Origin: Polyangiales bacterium | GTDB lineage: Bacteria; Myxococcota_A; Polyangia; Polyangiales; Houyiibacteriaceae | Assembly: GCA_045106895.1 (NCBI GenBank) | Contig: JBGCFM010000194.1 | Span: 1-48,148 of the forward strand | DNA: 48,148 nucleotides | Direction of reading: 5' to 3' | Shown here: piece by piece, positions 10,424 through 18,575 of the stretch | How the letters are laid out: each line of letters begins with the position of its first letter | How positions within the stretch are numbered: position 1 is the first letter of the stretch | Notes under the pieces: generated by a model | Databases searched by the model: none | What the model was told of the DNA's origin: nothing | Seen by the model: the letters and a program-made list of their open reading frames with translations, nothing else | Made by a program: the position numbers and the translations under genes

Positions 10424-11275
10424 GTGGCAAAGTCGAAGAGCGAGAAGATGCAGCGACCGCTCTCGGCCTTGGGCGAGCTCGCCAAGAAGTCCAAGCGCGC
10501 AAAGAGCGCCCAGAAACGCGCGGATGAAGCCGCCAAGCTCGCTCGCGCTGAGGCGAAACGAACGCAGGCCCGCGCTGAGGCGGCGGCGCCGCGAGAGCAC
10601 AAGCCCGGGCCACGCGAAGCGGCGGTCATCGCGGCGCTGGAGCGGGAGCAAGCGAAACAGCGAGCCGCGGCGATACGAGCCGCCGAAGTCGCCGCGAAGA
10701 GCGGCGCCCTCGAAGACTACTCCCATGATGACCGCGTGGCGTTTCACCAAGCCTTCGCCGGCGTAGACTCGCTGAGCGAGAAGAACCGCGCACACCGTGG
10801 GCCGGACCGCGTGGCGTTGGCGAAGGCCGTTCGTGCTCGTGCCAAAGCCGCAGAAGAAGACGCACGCGAGCGCCTCGACGCGCTGGTGGGCGGCGGCGTG
10901 CATTTCGACATCACGCGTCACTCCGATGGCGGCGTCGAAGGAAAGCGACGCGGCATCCCGGACCGCACGTGCCGAATGCTCGCCGCCGGCGAACTCACGC
11001 CCGTCGCGACCCTCGACCTGCATGGGCGAACCCGCGACGAGGTCGGCTCCCTCGTGCGCGGCTTTGTGCGAGCGTCAAAGAAGCAAGGCCGTCTCAACCT
11101 CTCCATCGTCCATGGCAAAGGAAACCATAGCGAAGGCGGACGCGGCGTTCTTCAGGGCGCCGTCGTCAAAGCGCTCACCGCCGGCGGCGCGGCGCCCCTC
11201 GTGGACTCCTTCGCCACGGCGCCGAGACGCTTCGGCGGCGGCGGCGCGATTCTCCTACGCCTGCGCGCGCGTTAG
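10424..11275 (+). CDS. Smr/MutS2-family endonuclease domain protein
   Basis: LDLHG, IVHGKGNHS and FGGGGAILLRL Smr motifs; N-terminal FHQAFAGV motif. Start uncertain (10409, 10424 or 10448). Confidence 0.9.
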   Translation: MAKSKSEKMQRPLSALGELAKKSKRAKSAQKRADEAAKLARAEAKRTQARAEAAAPREHKPGPREAAVIAALEREQAKQRAAAIRAAEVAAKSGALEDYSHDDRVAFHQAFAGVDSLSEKNRAHRGPDRVALAKAVRARAKAAEEDARERLDALVGGGVHFDITRHSDGGVEGKRRGIPDRTCRMLAAGELTPVATLDLHGRTRDEVGSLVRGFVRASKKQGRLNLSIVHGKGNHSEGGRGVLQGAVVKALTAGGAAPLVDSFATAPRRFGGGGAILLRLRAR

Positions 11276-11312
11276 TGCGTGATTCAGAGCGTGCTGACTC
11301 TCGTGTCAACGG

Positions 11313-11379
11313 CAGGCGCCGGTCTTAGGGCGACGCGTCGGACGTACACCGCCCCGTAGTCCGAACCTCAGGGCGCCTC
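11313..11379. terminator. Long imperfect hairpin between convergent genes (possible bidirectional terminator)
   Basis: Nested inverted repeats AGGCGCC...GGCGCCT and TCGGAC...GTCCGA; no clear U-tract. Confidence 0.35.
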
Positions 11380-11380
11380 C

Positions 11381-11941
11381 TCAACCTTCGTACTGCCTGA
11401 TGCGATCGAGAAACTCAGTGAAGTTCGGAGCCACCTCGGCGATGATCTCGTTTTCGATCAGCAGTTCGACCTGAGCGTTCGCGTCTCGTTGGTTGAGCTC
11501 CTCTGGAAGGTCGTCATCGAAGTCATCCGGCGCCTCCATCAGGCATCCTTCTTCGTTGTCCCAGTGAAAGATGCGTCCTCGGTGCGGCCCCTCTTCCGTG
11601 ACCATTACTAGCTCTTCGCCGTTCACCGTCGCAATAACGCAGTGAGCGAACTTGTAGAAGAAGACGTCTTCGTCGTCCTGCTCCTCGTCGCGGCTTGCTC
11701 CGGAGTAGATATTGAAAGTCTCTTCAAGCGACATAATGCCGTCGAAGAATGAAGGCGCTCCTTCGATTTCAAAACCGTGTCCTTCGGACCACGGCGTTTG
11801 AAGATCGACGCCGTCGTACTGCTCCAAGAACGCCGCATAGTCGGACGGCAGTGTCACGCCGAGCTCCTTGGCTCGTGCGCTGATGTTCGCGGCGGACTGC
11901 GTGCTTTTGTTGCCGTAGGATTCGAGTTGTTCTGGGGTCAT
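11381..11941 (-). CDS. SMI1/KNR4 (SUKH) family immunity-like protein
   Basis: ELGVTLPSDYAAFLEQYDG, GRIFHWDNE and EVAPNFTEFLDRI match the family pattern; acidic. Confidence 0.85.
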   Translation of the reverse strand: MTPEQLESYGNKSTQSAANISARAKELGVTLPSDYAAFLEQYDGVDLQTPWSEGHGFEIEGAPSFFDGIMSLEETFNIYSGASRDEEQDDEDVFFYKFAHCVIATVNGEELVMVTEEGPHRGRIFHWDNEEGCLMEAPDDFDDDLPEELNQRDANAQVELLIENEIIAEVAPNFTEFLDRIRQYEG

Positions 11942-12534
11942 GGACTTTCACTCGCTGGTTCGGGGTAGCGCTCCCTAAAATACGCTCGTATCGCTTCGTA
12001 CTGCGAGTCGTCCCCGTCGGTGGCCTTCACGCCAGGAAACACGGAGACGAGATCTTCGTCAGTGACCGATTCGTCAAACTCAAACTGCAGAGACTCTTCG
12101 CCATCCACATCACACTGGGAGTTGTAGAAGAGTTTTGAAGTGATTTTCTTGTGAACGTGCAAACCGGAGTTCCCGCAATCGGCGTAGAAGATTTCGTCGA
12201 TGGTGAGGTTGCCGCTGACGCACACTGAGGTGCACTCCGTCATGTAGAGCATGTCTTTGCACTTCACATCGCCGGTGACGCACAGCACGCCAAAGTCTCC
12301 CAGCGCCGAAGAAACGTCGAGGAAATCCACCTTGAGGTCTCCCACGATGATCAGACCTTGAATGTGCATCGAATCAAGCACGCTCGCGTCGATCTCGAAG
12401 TTGCTACCGGTATAGACGAAGAGGTCTTCCTCGAGGTCATCAAAGGTGATGTCGTCTTCTCTGAAGAGATTGTGAGCGCGGAGAAGCGATTCAAAGTCTT
12501 CGGGGGACGTTGGCTTAAGGTCTTCGGTTTTCAT
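11938..12534 (-). CDS. Acidic hypothetical protein with short beta-helix-like repeats
   Basis: Repeats LIIVGDLKV / LCVTGDVKC / VCVSGNLTI / LHVHKKIT; 4-nt overlap with the SMI1/KNR4 gene; visibly more AT-rich than flanks. Confidence 0.7.
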   Translation of the reverse strand: MKTEDLKPTSPEDFESLLRAHNLFREDDITFDDLEEDLFVYTGSNFEIDASVLDSMHIQGLIIVGDLKVDFLDVSSALGDFGVLCVTGDVKCKDMLYMTECTSVCVSGNLTIDEIFYADCGNSGLHVHKKITSKLFYNSQCDVDGEESLQFEFDESVTDEDLVSVFPGVKATDGDDSQYEAIRAYFRERYPEPASESP

Positions 12535-12576
12535 ACGTTTCCATGTCGTGAAGGAGAATCTTCAGAAGGGAAGTCT

Positions 12577-12768
12577 TCAGGACTTCTGGCGCTTGAAAAC
12601 GAACATCGTGACTTCTTCGTCGTGGTCGTCTTCGGGGCTTTCGTCTCGTGTCGTCGCGACAAGCTCCCAGCCCTGGGCGCCTCGCTTGTTCAGCTCCTCT
12701 GTGATGCCGGTCGTGCTCTGTCCGTGGCCCCAGTTGGCCGTGTAAATCTCGTATTCGAATGTCTTCAT
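12577..12768 (-). CDS. DUF4177-family small protein
   Basis: FEYEI...EELNKRGAQGWELV...FVFKR pattern; purine-rich RBS upstream. Confidence 0.75.
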   Translation of the reverse strand: MKTFEYEIYTANWGHGQSTTGITEELNKRGAQGWELVATTRDESPEDDHDEEVTMFVFKRQKS

Positions 12769-13098
12769 TGGTTCCCTCTTCTTCCGAGGCCAAAGCCTCG
12801 GGTGGGTCTAATACAATTCGCGTGCCGGCATGCACGACCCCAAGAACCGGTGGTTCTTGAACCTCGATCCATCCGGTTCGCGCAAGTTTTGCCTAGTTAG
12901 GCAGACCGCGTTTGAGGGGGCGCCGCTTAACGAACTCGGCTTCTTCGTCAGCGCCGTCGGTCATCATCACACCGAAGACCGCGCCGGTGACGAACATGAT
13001 CAGGCCCGCCGGCGCGAAGGACGTCTACTATCTTCGGCAGCGGCGCGATCCTTCTTCGACTGCGCACTCGCTAGCGAGACACTTGGGATCGGTGTTGC

Positions 13099-13923
13099 TT
13101 ACTCGGCGAGACCCGCTTTGCGACCGACCTGGAGAGCGGCCGGCGCGACGGCGTCGTAGGCGGCGCTGTTGCAGGCGAAGATGCCGCCCTCGTTGCGTAC
13201 GTCTTTGCGCCGGTAGTCGTACTGCTTGCCATCGAGGCGTGTGAAGCGGCCACCCGCGGCTCGGAGGATCGCTTCGGGCCCACACGCGTCCCAAGCGCTC
13301 GCGCGGTCGGAGAAGTGCAAGTAGATGTCCGCCGTTTGCTCGGCGATGAGGCCGACCTTGAGGCCGACGCTTCCGCTCTGTGTCTCCTGGGTGATGCCGA
13401 GCTCTTTGACGATGGCGTCGACGGACTCGGAGCGGTGAGAGCGCGAGGCGACGAGCTTGAGGTTAGCTGGGCTCGCTTCCTTCGACACGTTCAGGTCCCG
13501 GCGCTCGCCCTTCTCTTCGAGCCACGCGCCTCCGTCCACGATGCCCGCGTAGAGCTTGTCTTTGGCGGGCTGGAAGACGACGCCCATGCGTGACTCCCCG
13601 TCGACGCTGAGCCCAAGCATCACGGCGAACTCGCCGTTCTTCTTGATGAACTCCTTGGTGCCATCGAGGGGGTCGACAAACCAGCAGCGGCCGCCCTTCG
13701 TTGCGTCGCTTTGGTCGGCGGTCTCTTCGGCGACGATGCCGTCGTCGGGGAACGCCTTCTTCAGCTCGTCGGTGATGTACGCGTTGGCGAGCTTGTCCGC
13801 CTTCGTCACCGGATCACGGACGCCTTTGAACTCCACGGCAAAGTCCGTGGCGTAGATTTCCATGAGAATATCACCAGCGGCACGAGCGATTCGCACAGCT
13901 TCTTCGAGTTCGCGTTCAAGCAT
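13099..13923 (-). CDS. cysQ: 3'(2'),5'-bisphosphate nucleotidase (inositol monophosphatase family)
   Basis: PVTKAD, VAEE, WFVDPLDGTKEFIKKNGEF, VASRSH and WDAC...AAGG motifs. Confidence 0.9.
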   Translation of the reverse strand: MLERELEEAVRIARAAGDILMEIYATDFAVEFKGVRDPVTKADKLANAYITDELKKAFPDDGIVAEETADQSDATKGGRCWFVDPLDGTKEFIKKNGEFAVMLGLSVDGESRMGVVFQPAKDKLYAGIVDGGAWLEEKGERRDLNVSKEASPANLKLVASRSHRSESVDAIVKELGITQETQSGSVGLKVGLIAEQTADIYLHFSDRASAWDACGPEAILRAAGGRFTRLDGKQYDYRRKDVRNEGGIFACNSAAYDAVAPAALQVGRKAGLAE

Positions 13924-13965
13924 ACGAGCGCCTTAGCATGCAGCGGGCGCGGAACCAGTACAGCG

Positions 13966-14397
13966 CTAGCCCGCTTCGATCATCGCCGCGATTCGCGCGT
14001 GCACTTCCGCGGGGATGGGCGCTTTCGTCTGGGCGCTGTAGTCGAAGGCGATGACGCGGCCCGAGCCGAGGGCGGCGACACCGAGGCGTTCGCTGACGAC
14101 CTCATAACCCATCGTGAAGCGGTCTTCGCTGAGCTCTCGCGCCGTGGCGATGACCTCCACGGTGTCCGGGAAGGTCACGGGCTGTCGAAAGACGCAGTCT
14201 GTTTTTGCCAGGATGGGGCCCGCACCCAAGTCGTTGGTCCAGCCCACGTGGTCAAAGAACGCGATGCGCGCGTGCTCGAACCAGCGAAAGTAGATGGTGT
14301 TGTTCACATGGCCAAAGGAGTCCATGTCGCCCCACCACACGGGAACGCTCAGACGGACTTCGGATTCGATTTTGCTGCTCATCGATTTCGTACTCAC
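13966..14397 (-). CDS. Acyl-CoA thioesterase (4HBT/YbgC hot-dog family)
   Basis: WGDMDSFGHVNNTIYFRWFEHAR motif. Confidence 0.9.
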   Translation of the reverse strand: MSTKSMSSKIESEVRLSVPVWWGDMDSFGHVNNTIYFRWFEHARIAFFDHVGWTNDLGAGPILAKTDCVFRQPVTFPDTVEVIATARELSEDRFTMGYEVVSERLGVAALGSGRVIAFDYSAQTKAPIPAEVHARIAAMIEAG

Positions 14398-14406
14398 GGG
14401 CGCAGA

Positions 14407-15399
14407 CTACTCGAGGCCGCAGGGGACACGCGAGGAGGACCAAACGAAGTCATCCAGCCAGACCGTTTGCATCGAGTTCGCGGCGTCACCGCCGACCTCG
14501 ATTTGATCCCACGTGCCGCTTGCGTCGACGCTCACGCGCCCGACCTCGCTTCCGTTGAGATAGGACACGAGGTTCGTAGAAGCTCCGTCGCTCACCTCGA
14601 CCTCAAGGCAGGTCCATGTGTTGGTGGGAATAGGCGTAACCGGCGTTTGGCTCTCGTTCATGCCCGAGCGGTCGAGGGACGCTGAGACACGGCCGTCGCC
14701 GCCGATGAGGTTGAGTTTGATGACGGCGAAGGGTGAAGTCCGCTGCCGAAGCGCCACGATCGTCATGTAGTTGATGGATGCGCTCTCCAGGTACACGCGC
14801 GTGCGAAGCCACATGGTTCCGCGGATGCCGACGGGCACTCGCTGCGACAAGTCAGCGTCGGCGCCGTCGCCAACTTCCGCGCGCATGGAGCGGCCGCTGA
14901 CGGCTCGGCTCGGGTCGAAAGTGATGGTGGCTCCGCCCGTCGTCGTCTGCAGCCATTCTGCTCCGGGGTCCGTGTCAAAGTCCAAACAGGCGACGCTGCC
15001 TGCTCCATGGCGCTCGCAGAAGCTCGGCAGGCTCGCGTCGAAGGCGTCGGTGCCTGTATCACTAGGCCCGCTGTCTCGACCCGCGTCGGGTTCGGGACCG
15101 GCGTCAAAGGCGTCGGTCCCTGCGTCCATAATAACGACGTCCGCGCCGCTATCTGTGGCGGGCTGAGCATCGACGCCGACATCCACGCCGACGTCGATGG
15201 AAGAGTCTTCACCCCGAACATCCGCGCGGGCGATGTCTTCGCCGCCGCCGTCGACAGAACGCGTGCAGGTTTGGGAGACCGGCTCACAAACGTATCCTTC
15301 GACGCAGGGACAAGGTCGTCCTTCCAAGTCCACATCCGCAGGCAGACACGCAGCGGCCCCCGTACACAAAAAGAGCAGCAGCCGATGGAACGAAGTCAC
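14407..15399 (-). CDS. Lipoprotein with Cys-rich N-terminus, DAG linker and C-terminal beta-sandwich (LamG/polysaccharide-lyase-like) domain
   Basis: GTG 15399 preceded by TATACT at 6 nt; LLLFLCTGAAAC; CPCVEGYVC; C-terminal TWTCLEVEV...VWLDDFV. Confidence 0.7.
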   Translation of the reverse strand: MTSFHRLLLFLCTGAAACLPADVDLEGRPCPCVEGYVCEPVSQTCTRSVDGGGEDIARADVRGEDSSIDVGVDVGVDAQPATDSGADVVIMDAGTDAFDAGPEPDAGRDSGPSDTGTDAFDASLPSFCERHGAGSVACLDFDTDPGAEWLQTTTGGATITFDPSRAVSGRSMRAEVGDGADADLSQRVPVGIRGTMWLRTRVYLESASINYMTIVALRQRTSPFAVIKLNLIGGDGRVSASLDRSGMNESQTPVTPIPTNTWTCLEVEVSDGASTNLVSYLNGSEVGRVSVDASGTWDQIEVGGDAANSMQTVWLDDFVWSSSRVPCGLE

Positions 15400-15442
15400 G
15401 CGGCGAGTATACGTGGAATCGCCCAGGGCGACACGCGTCGAC

Positions 15443-16297
15443 TCAAGGTCGAAGCGAAGGAGGCGGAGGCGCCTCTCTATCTTCGGAAGAGGCCTCATCG
15501 AGCGCATCAGCCATCTCGGCCATGCTCGCGAAGCGCTTGGCCGGATCGTGGTGCATCGCTCGCCGTACGATCTGTGCGTACTGCTCTCGAAGGCGAGGCG
15601 CGTGAACCTTGACGTCCACCAAAGCCCCTGCGTGGATTGCCAAGAGGACGGCAGGGTACGTTGCGCCGGCGAAGGGGCGTACGCCGCAGAGGCCTTCGTA
15701 GAGGACCGCGCCTAGCGAATAGATGTCGCTCTGGGGCGTCGGCTGCACCTGCTCGCTCACCAAGAGCTCCGGCGCAGTGGAGTGAAGCGTCCCGGAGAAC
15801 TCCGCCTCCTCGGCGCCGTCGCGGGAGAAGCCAAAGTCGAGCAAACGAATGCGGCCGCTGCTCTCGACGAAGATATTCTCGGGCTTCAGATCGCAATGGA
15901 TCAACCCTGCCTCGTGTGCCGGGTGGACTGCCCGCGCTACGGCGGCGACAGAGCGACAGGCGGACTTCGGATTGCGGCGGACCGACCAGGCCTCAGCGAG
16001 GGTCCTGCCAACGAGTAGCTCCATTCGAATGTAGGCTCGCTCGTCCGAGAGCACTCCCACCCCGAAAACCCGAACAACCGCCGGACTGACGGCGCCGGCG
16101 GCTTTCGTCATGTCGAACTCGGCCTTCGCCTCGAGGAAACCGCCGGGTCGCCGCGAGAGAACCTTCACGGCGCTCCAGTCGCCTGCGGCGTCGACCACTT
16201 CGTACACATTCGAATTGCCGCCGGCGCCTACTAAGCGTACCGGCTCCCAGTCTGCGTCCCACGGCAGTCTCGCTTCATCGGTGGACCACTCATCCAT
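15443..16297 (-). CDS. Stand-alone Hanks-type Ser/Thr protein kinase
   Basis: GAGGNSNVY, AVKVL, IHCDLKPEN, DFG, APE and SDIYSLG motifs. GGAGG RBS before ATG 16297. No TM segment. Confidence 0.9.
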   Translation of the reverse strand: MDEWSTDEARLPWDADWEPVRLVGAGGNSNVYEVVDAAGDWSAVKVLSRRPGGFLEAKAEFDMTKAAGAVSPAVVRVFGVGVLSDERAYIRMELLVGRTLAEAWSVRRNPKSACRSVAAVARAVHPAHEAGLIHCDLKPENIFVESSGRIRLLDFGFSRDGAEEAEFSGTLHSTAPELLVSEQVQPTPQSDIYSLGAVLYEGLCGVRPFAGATYPAVLLAIHAGALVDVKVHAPRLREQYAQIVRRAMHHDPAKRFASMAEMADALDEASSEDREAPPPPSLRP

Positions 16298-16450
16298 GTT
16301 TTGCCCCTCCCCCGATACGAGTAATACACAAGGCATGGGAGGTGACCAGTCCCAAGGCGGTGGTGGCCAACAAAGACGCCAGCGTCTACCTCGGAAAACA
16401 CGCGGTGTTTTGGGCGTGGCAATGTCTCCTGCGCCGAACGAGGTACACGC

Positions 16451-18505
16451 CTAGAGAGAAGTCCCGCGCCCACCCCCGCGATGCTGATACGTCCGCGGAC
16501 TGTCGGTGTAGCCGTCTGGCTGTCCGAAGAAGAAGTACACCCCGCCTTCATGGGCCACGGCGACATCTCCAAAGCTGTCGCCGTTGAGGTCCATGCCGAA
16601 GCGCACCTCCATACCAAGCCCGTCGCAGTCGCAGGGTCCGCTCAGTAAGAAGGGCCTCACGCCAGACCGAAACGCAACGCCGCCAAAGCCGTCTCTTGTG
16701 TCCATTCGCCCACCGAGGAATGCGGCATCGGCCCAAACCGCGTCGAGGCCGCTCCCGCCAAGGCGACTGACGTTCGCGACCTCCACCATCTGAATGTGGG
16801 AATCGAGGTTGATGTTGGCCTCGAGCTCCGTCGGCGCATCGTAGCCATCGCCGTTGCCGAGAATGATCTCGGCGAGTCGCGAGCCTGGCGCGACGGCGTC
16901 GCGGTAGCCGTCTCCGTTGACGTCTCCCACGAACTGAAAAGATGTGATGCCGCTTATCTCGAGAGCCGTCGGGGAAGAGCGCAGGTCTTTGCCAGACGCA
17001 GCACCCGTTCGGCCCACGAGGTCGGCGAAGCCATCGAGGTTGACGTCACCACACGTCGAAAAATCAAAGGGTACACGTGTCGGTGCGTTCTCTAGACCCG
17101 ACGCGCTTCCCCAATAGACGAAGGTCTCCGAACCCTGAATCGCGACGTCGCGGTAACCGTCGGCGTCGAAGTCGGCGCTGCAAGTCACGTTCGAAGCGCT
17201 CCTGAGGGCGTTTGGGGTCATCAGCGAGAGTCCTGCCTCAAGCCCGTCTCTTGAACCGTAGTGGACCTCGACGGACGCGGCCCCGCCGCGAGACGCCATC
17301 TTCAGAACGTCGGAGTAGCCATCGGCGTTAAAGTCGCCTCGTTCAAGCGCGACGATGGGGTCACTCAAGAAACGCTCTCCTTCGTTCGGCGTCGTGCCTG
17401 AGAAGACGACAACGACGATCGAGTCATCGTTGCCCACGACGATGTCCGGGCGCGTGTCTCCGTCCACGTCGAGCTCGGACAAACCCACCTCAAGGTAACG
17501 CTGCATGGACCAGCCTCCGCATTCCGCGCCCCGGCACGCACGCACCCGCCATCGAACACGCGCGCCTCGGGACGACTCCACGAGGGCCGCTTCGGGGTCG
17601 TGCTGAAGCTCGGTGGTGCGAATGTCGAGCTCCGGCGAGGCGAAGTCACAAGGGGCTTCCTGCGCAGCAGGACAGGAGCCATCGACCTGAAGCTGGTACT
17701 CCGTGGCTTCAGCGATGGCTTCCCAGTAGAAACGCGGTTGGCGGTTCGATACTCCGGTGTAGGAGCCATTGGGCGGCCAGATGCCGCGTGTGGTCGAGAG
17801 GGCGACGCTGGGCACATCGTTTCCTGCGTCGGCGGCGCCGGCGTCGGTGCCGCTGTCCGCGCCGCCGGCATCGATTCCGCCATCCATGGGACCCGCATCG
17901 AGCTGACTCATGATGGCGGGCAAGCAGCCACGCTCCGGGTCGCAGTACTCCGCGGCGGAGCATGCGCCAACAAGAGGCCCATAGAAACAGACACCTTCGG
18001 CGCACTGGGCCATGGAACAAGCATCCGCCGCAGCACAGTCGACATCGGCGCGGCACTCAGGCTCGGGGCAACTTGGCTCCGTCCCGTCCACGCAGTCCGC
18101 CGCCACGCAGCTCCCGCCTCGACAGCTCGTTCCCTCTCCGCACGACACGTCACGGCAGTCGCGTGTCACCACGAGGACCACGCCACGGTTCTCCCGGTGG
18201 TTGACCAGAATCTCGCCGCGTACGACGAGGCCGCCGGACGCATCCAGAAGGTCCACACGAACGGTTCGGCTCTCGCTGACGCCAAGACCTTGAAAGTCCG
18301 CCGTTCGAGCGCCCGTGATGAAGTCACCGGCGGTGCCTCGCTCCTGCTCTAACCCTTCGCCGACGAGGGAGGTGACGATGCGCTGGAACTCGTTTCCTGG
18401 AGACAGGTCGGTGCGCAGGTCAATGGAGAGCGCGATGGTCGAGTCATCACAGCTTGTAAGGAGCCCCAAGACTGCGATTGCGCCAAGGCGCCACGTTAGC
18501 TTCAT
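16451..18505 (-). CDS. Modular lipoprotein with Cys-rich repeats and FG-GAP repeats (paralog 1)
   Basis: LLTSC lipobox, Cys-rich EGF-like stretch, WRVRAC fibronectin-like segment, GDFNADGYSD / GDVNGDGYRD repeats. Confidence 0.85.
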   Translation of the reverse strand: MKLTWRLGAIAVLGLLTSCDDSTIALSIDLRTDLSPGNEFQRIVTSLVGEGLEQERGTAGDFITGARTADFQGLGVSESRTVRVDLLDASGGLVVRGEILVNHRENRGVVLVVTRDCRDVSCGEGTSCRGGSCVAADCVDGTEPSCPEPECRADVDCAAADACSMAQCAEGVCFYGPLVGACSAAEYCDPERGCLPAIMSQLDAGPMDGGIDAGGADSGTDAGAADAGNDVPSVALSTTRGIWPPNGSYTGVSNRQPRFYWEAIAEATEYQLQVDGSCPAAQEAPCDFASPELDIRTTELQHDPEAALVESSRGARVRWRVRACRGAECGGWSMQRYLEVGLSELDVDGDTRPDIVVGNDDSIVVVVFSGTTPNEGERFLSDPIVALERGDFNADGYSDVLKMASRGGAASVEVHYGSRDGLEAGLSLMTPNALRSASNVTCSADFDADGYRDVAIQGSETFVYWGSASGLENAPTRVPFDFSTCGDVNLDGFADLVGRTGAASGKDLRSSPTALEISGITSFQFVGDVNGDGYRDAVAPGSRLAEIILGNGDGYDAPTELEANINLDSHIQMVEVANVSRLGGSGLDAVWADAAFLGGRMDTRDGFGGVAFRSGVRPFLLSGPCDCDGLGMEVRFGMDLNGDSFGDVAVAHEGGVYFFFGQPDGYTDSPRTYQHRGGGRGTSL

Positions 18506-18575
18506 CCACGTACCCTAGCGGGTGAGTGGTCGAGTTGTAGAACGATGTTCGAAATTGGGCGTCTGAAGAATGGCT

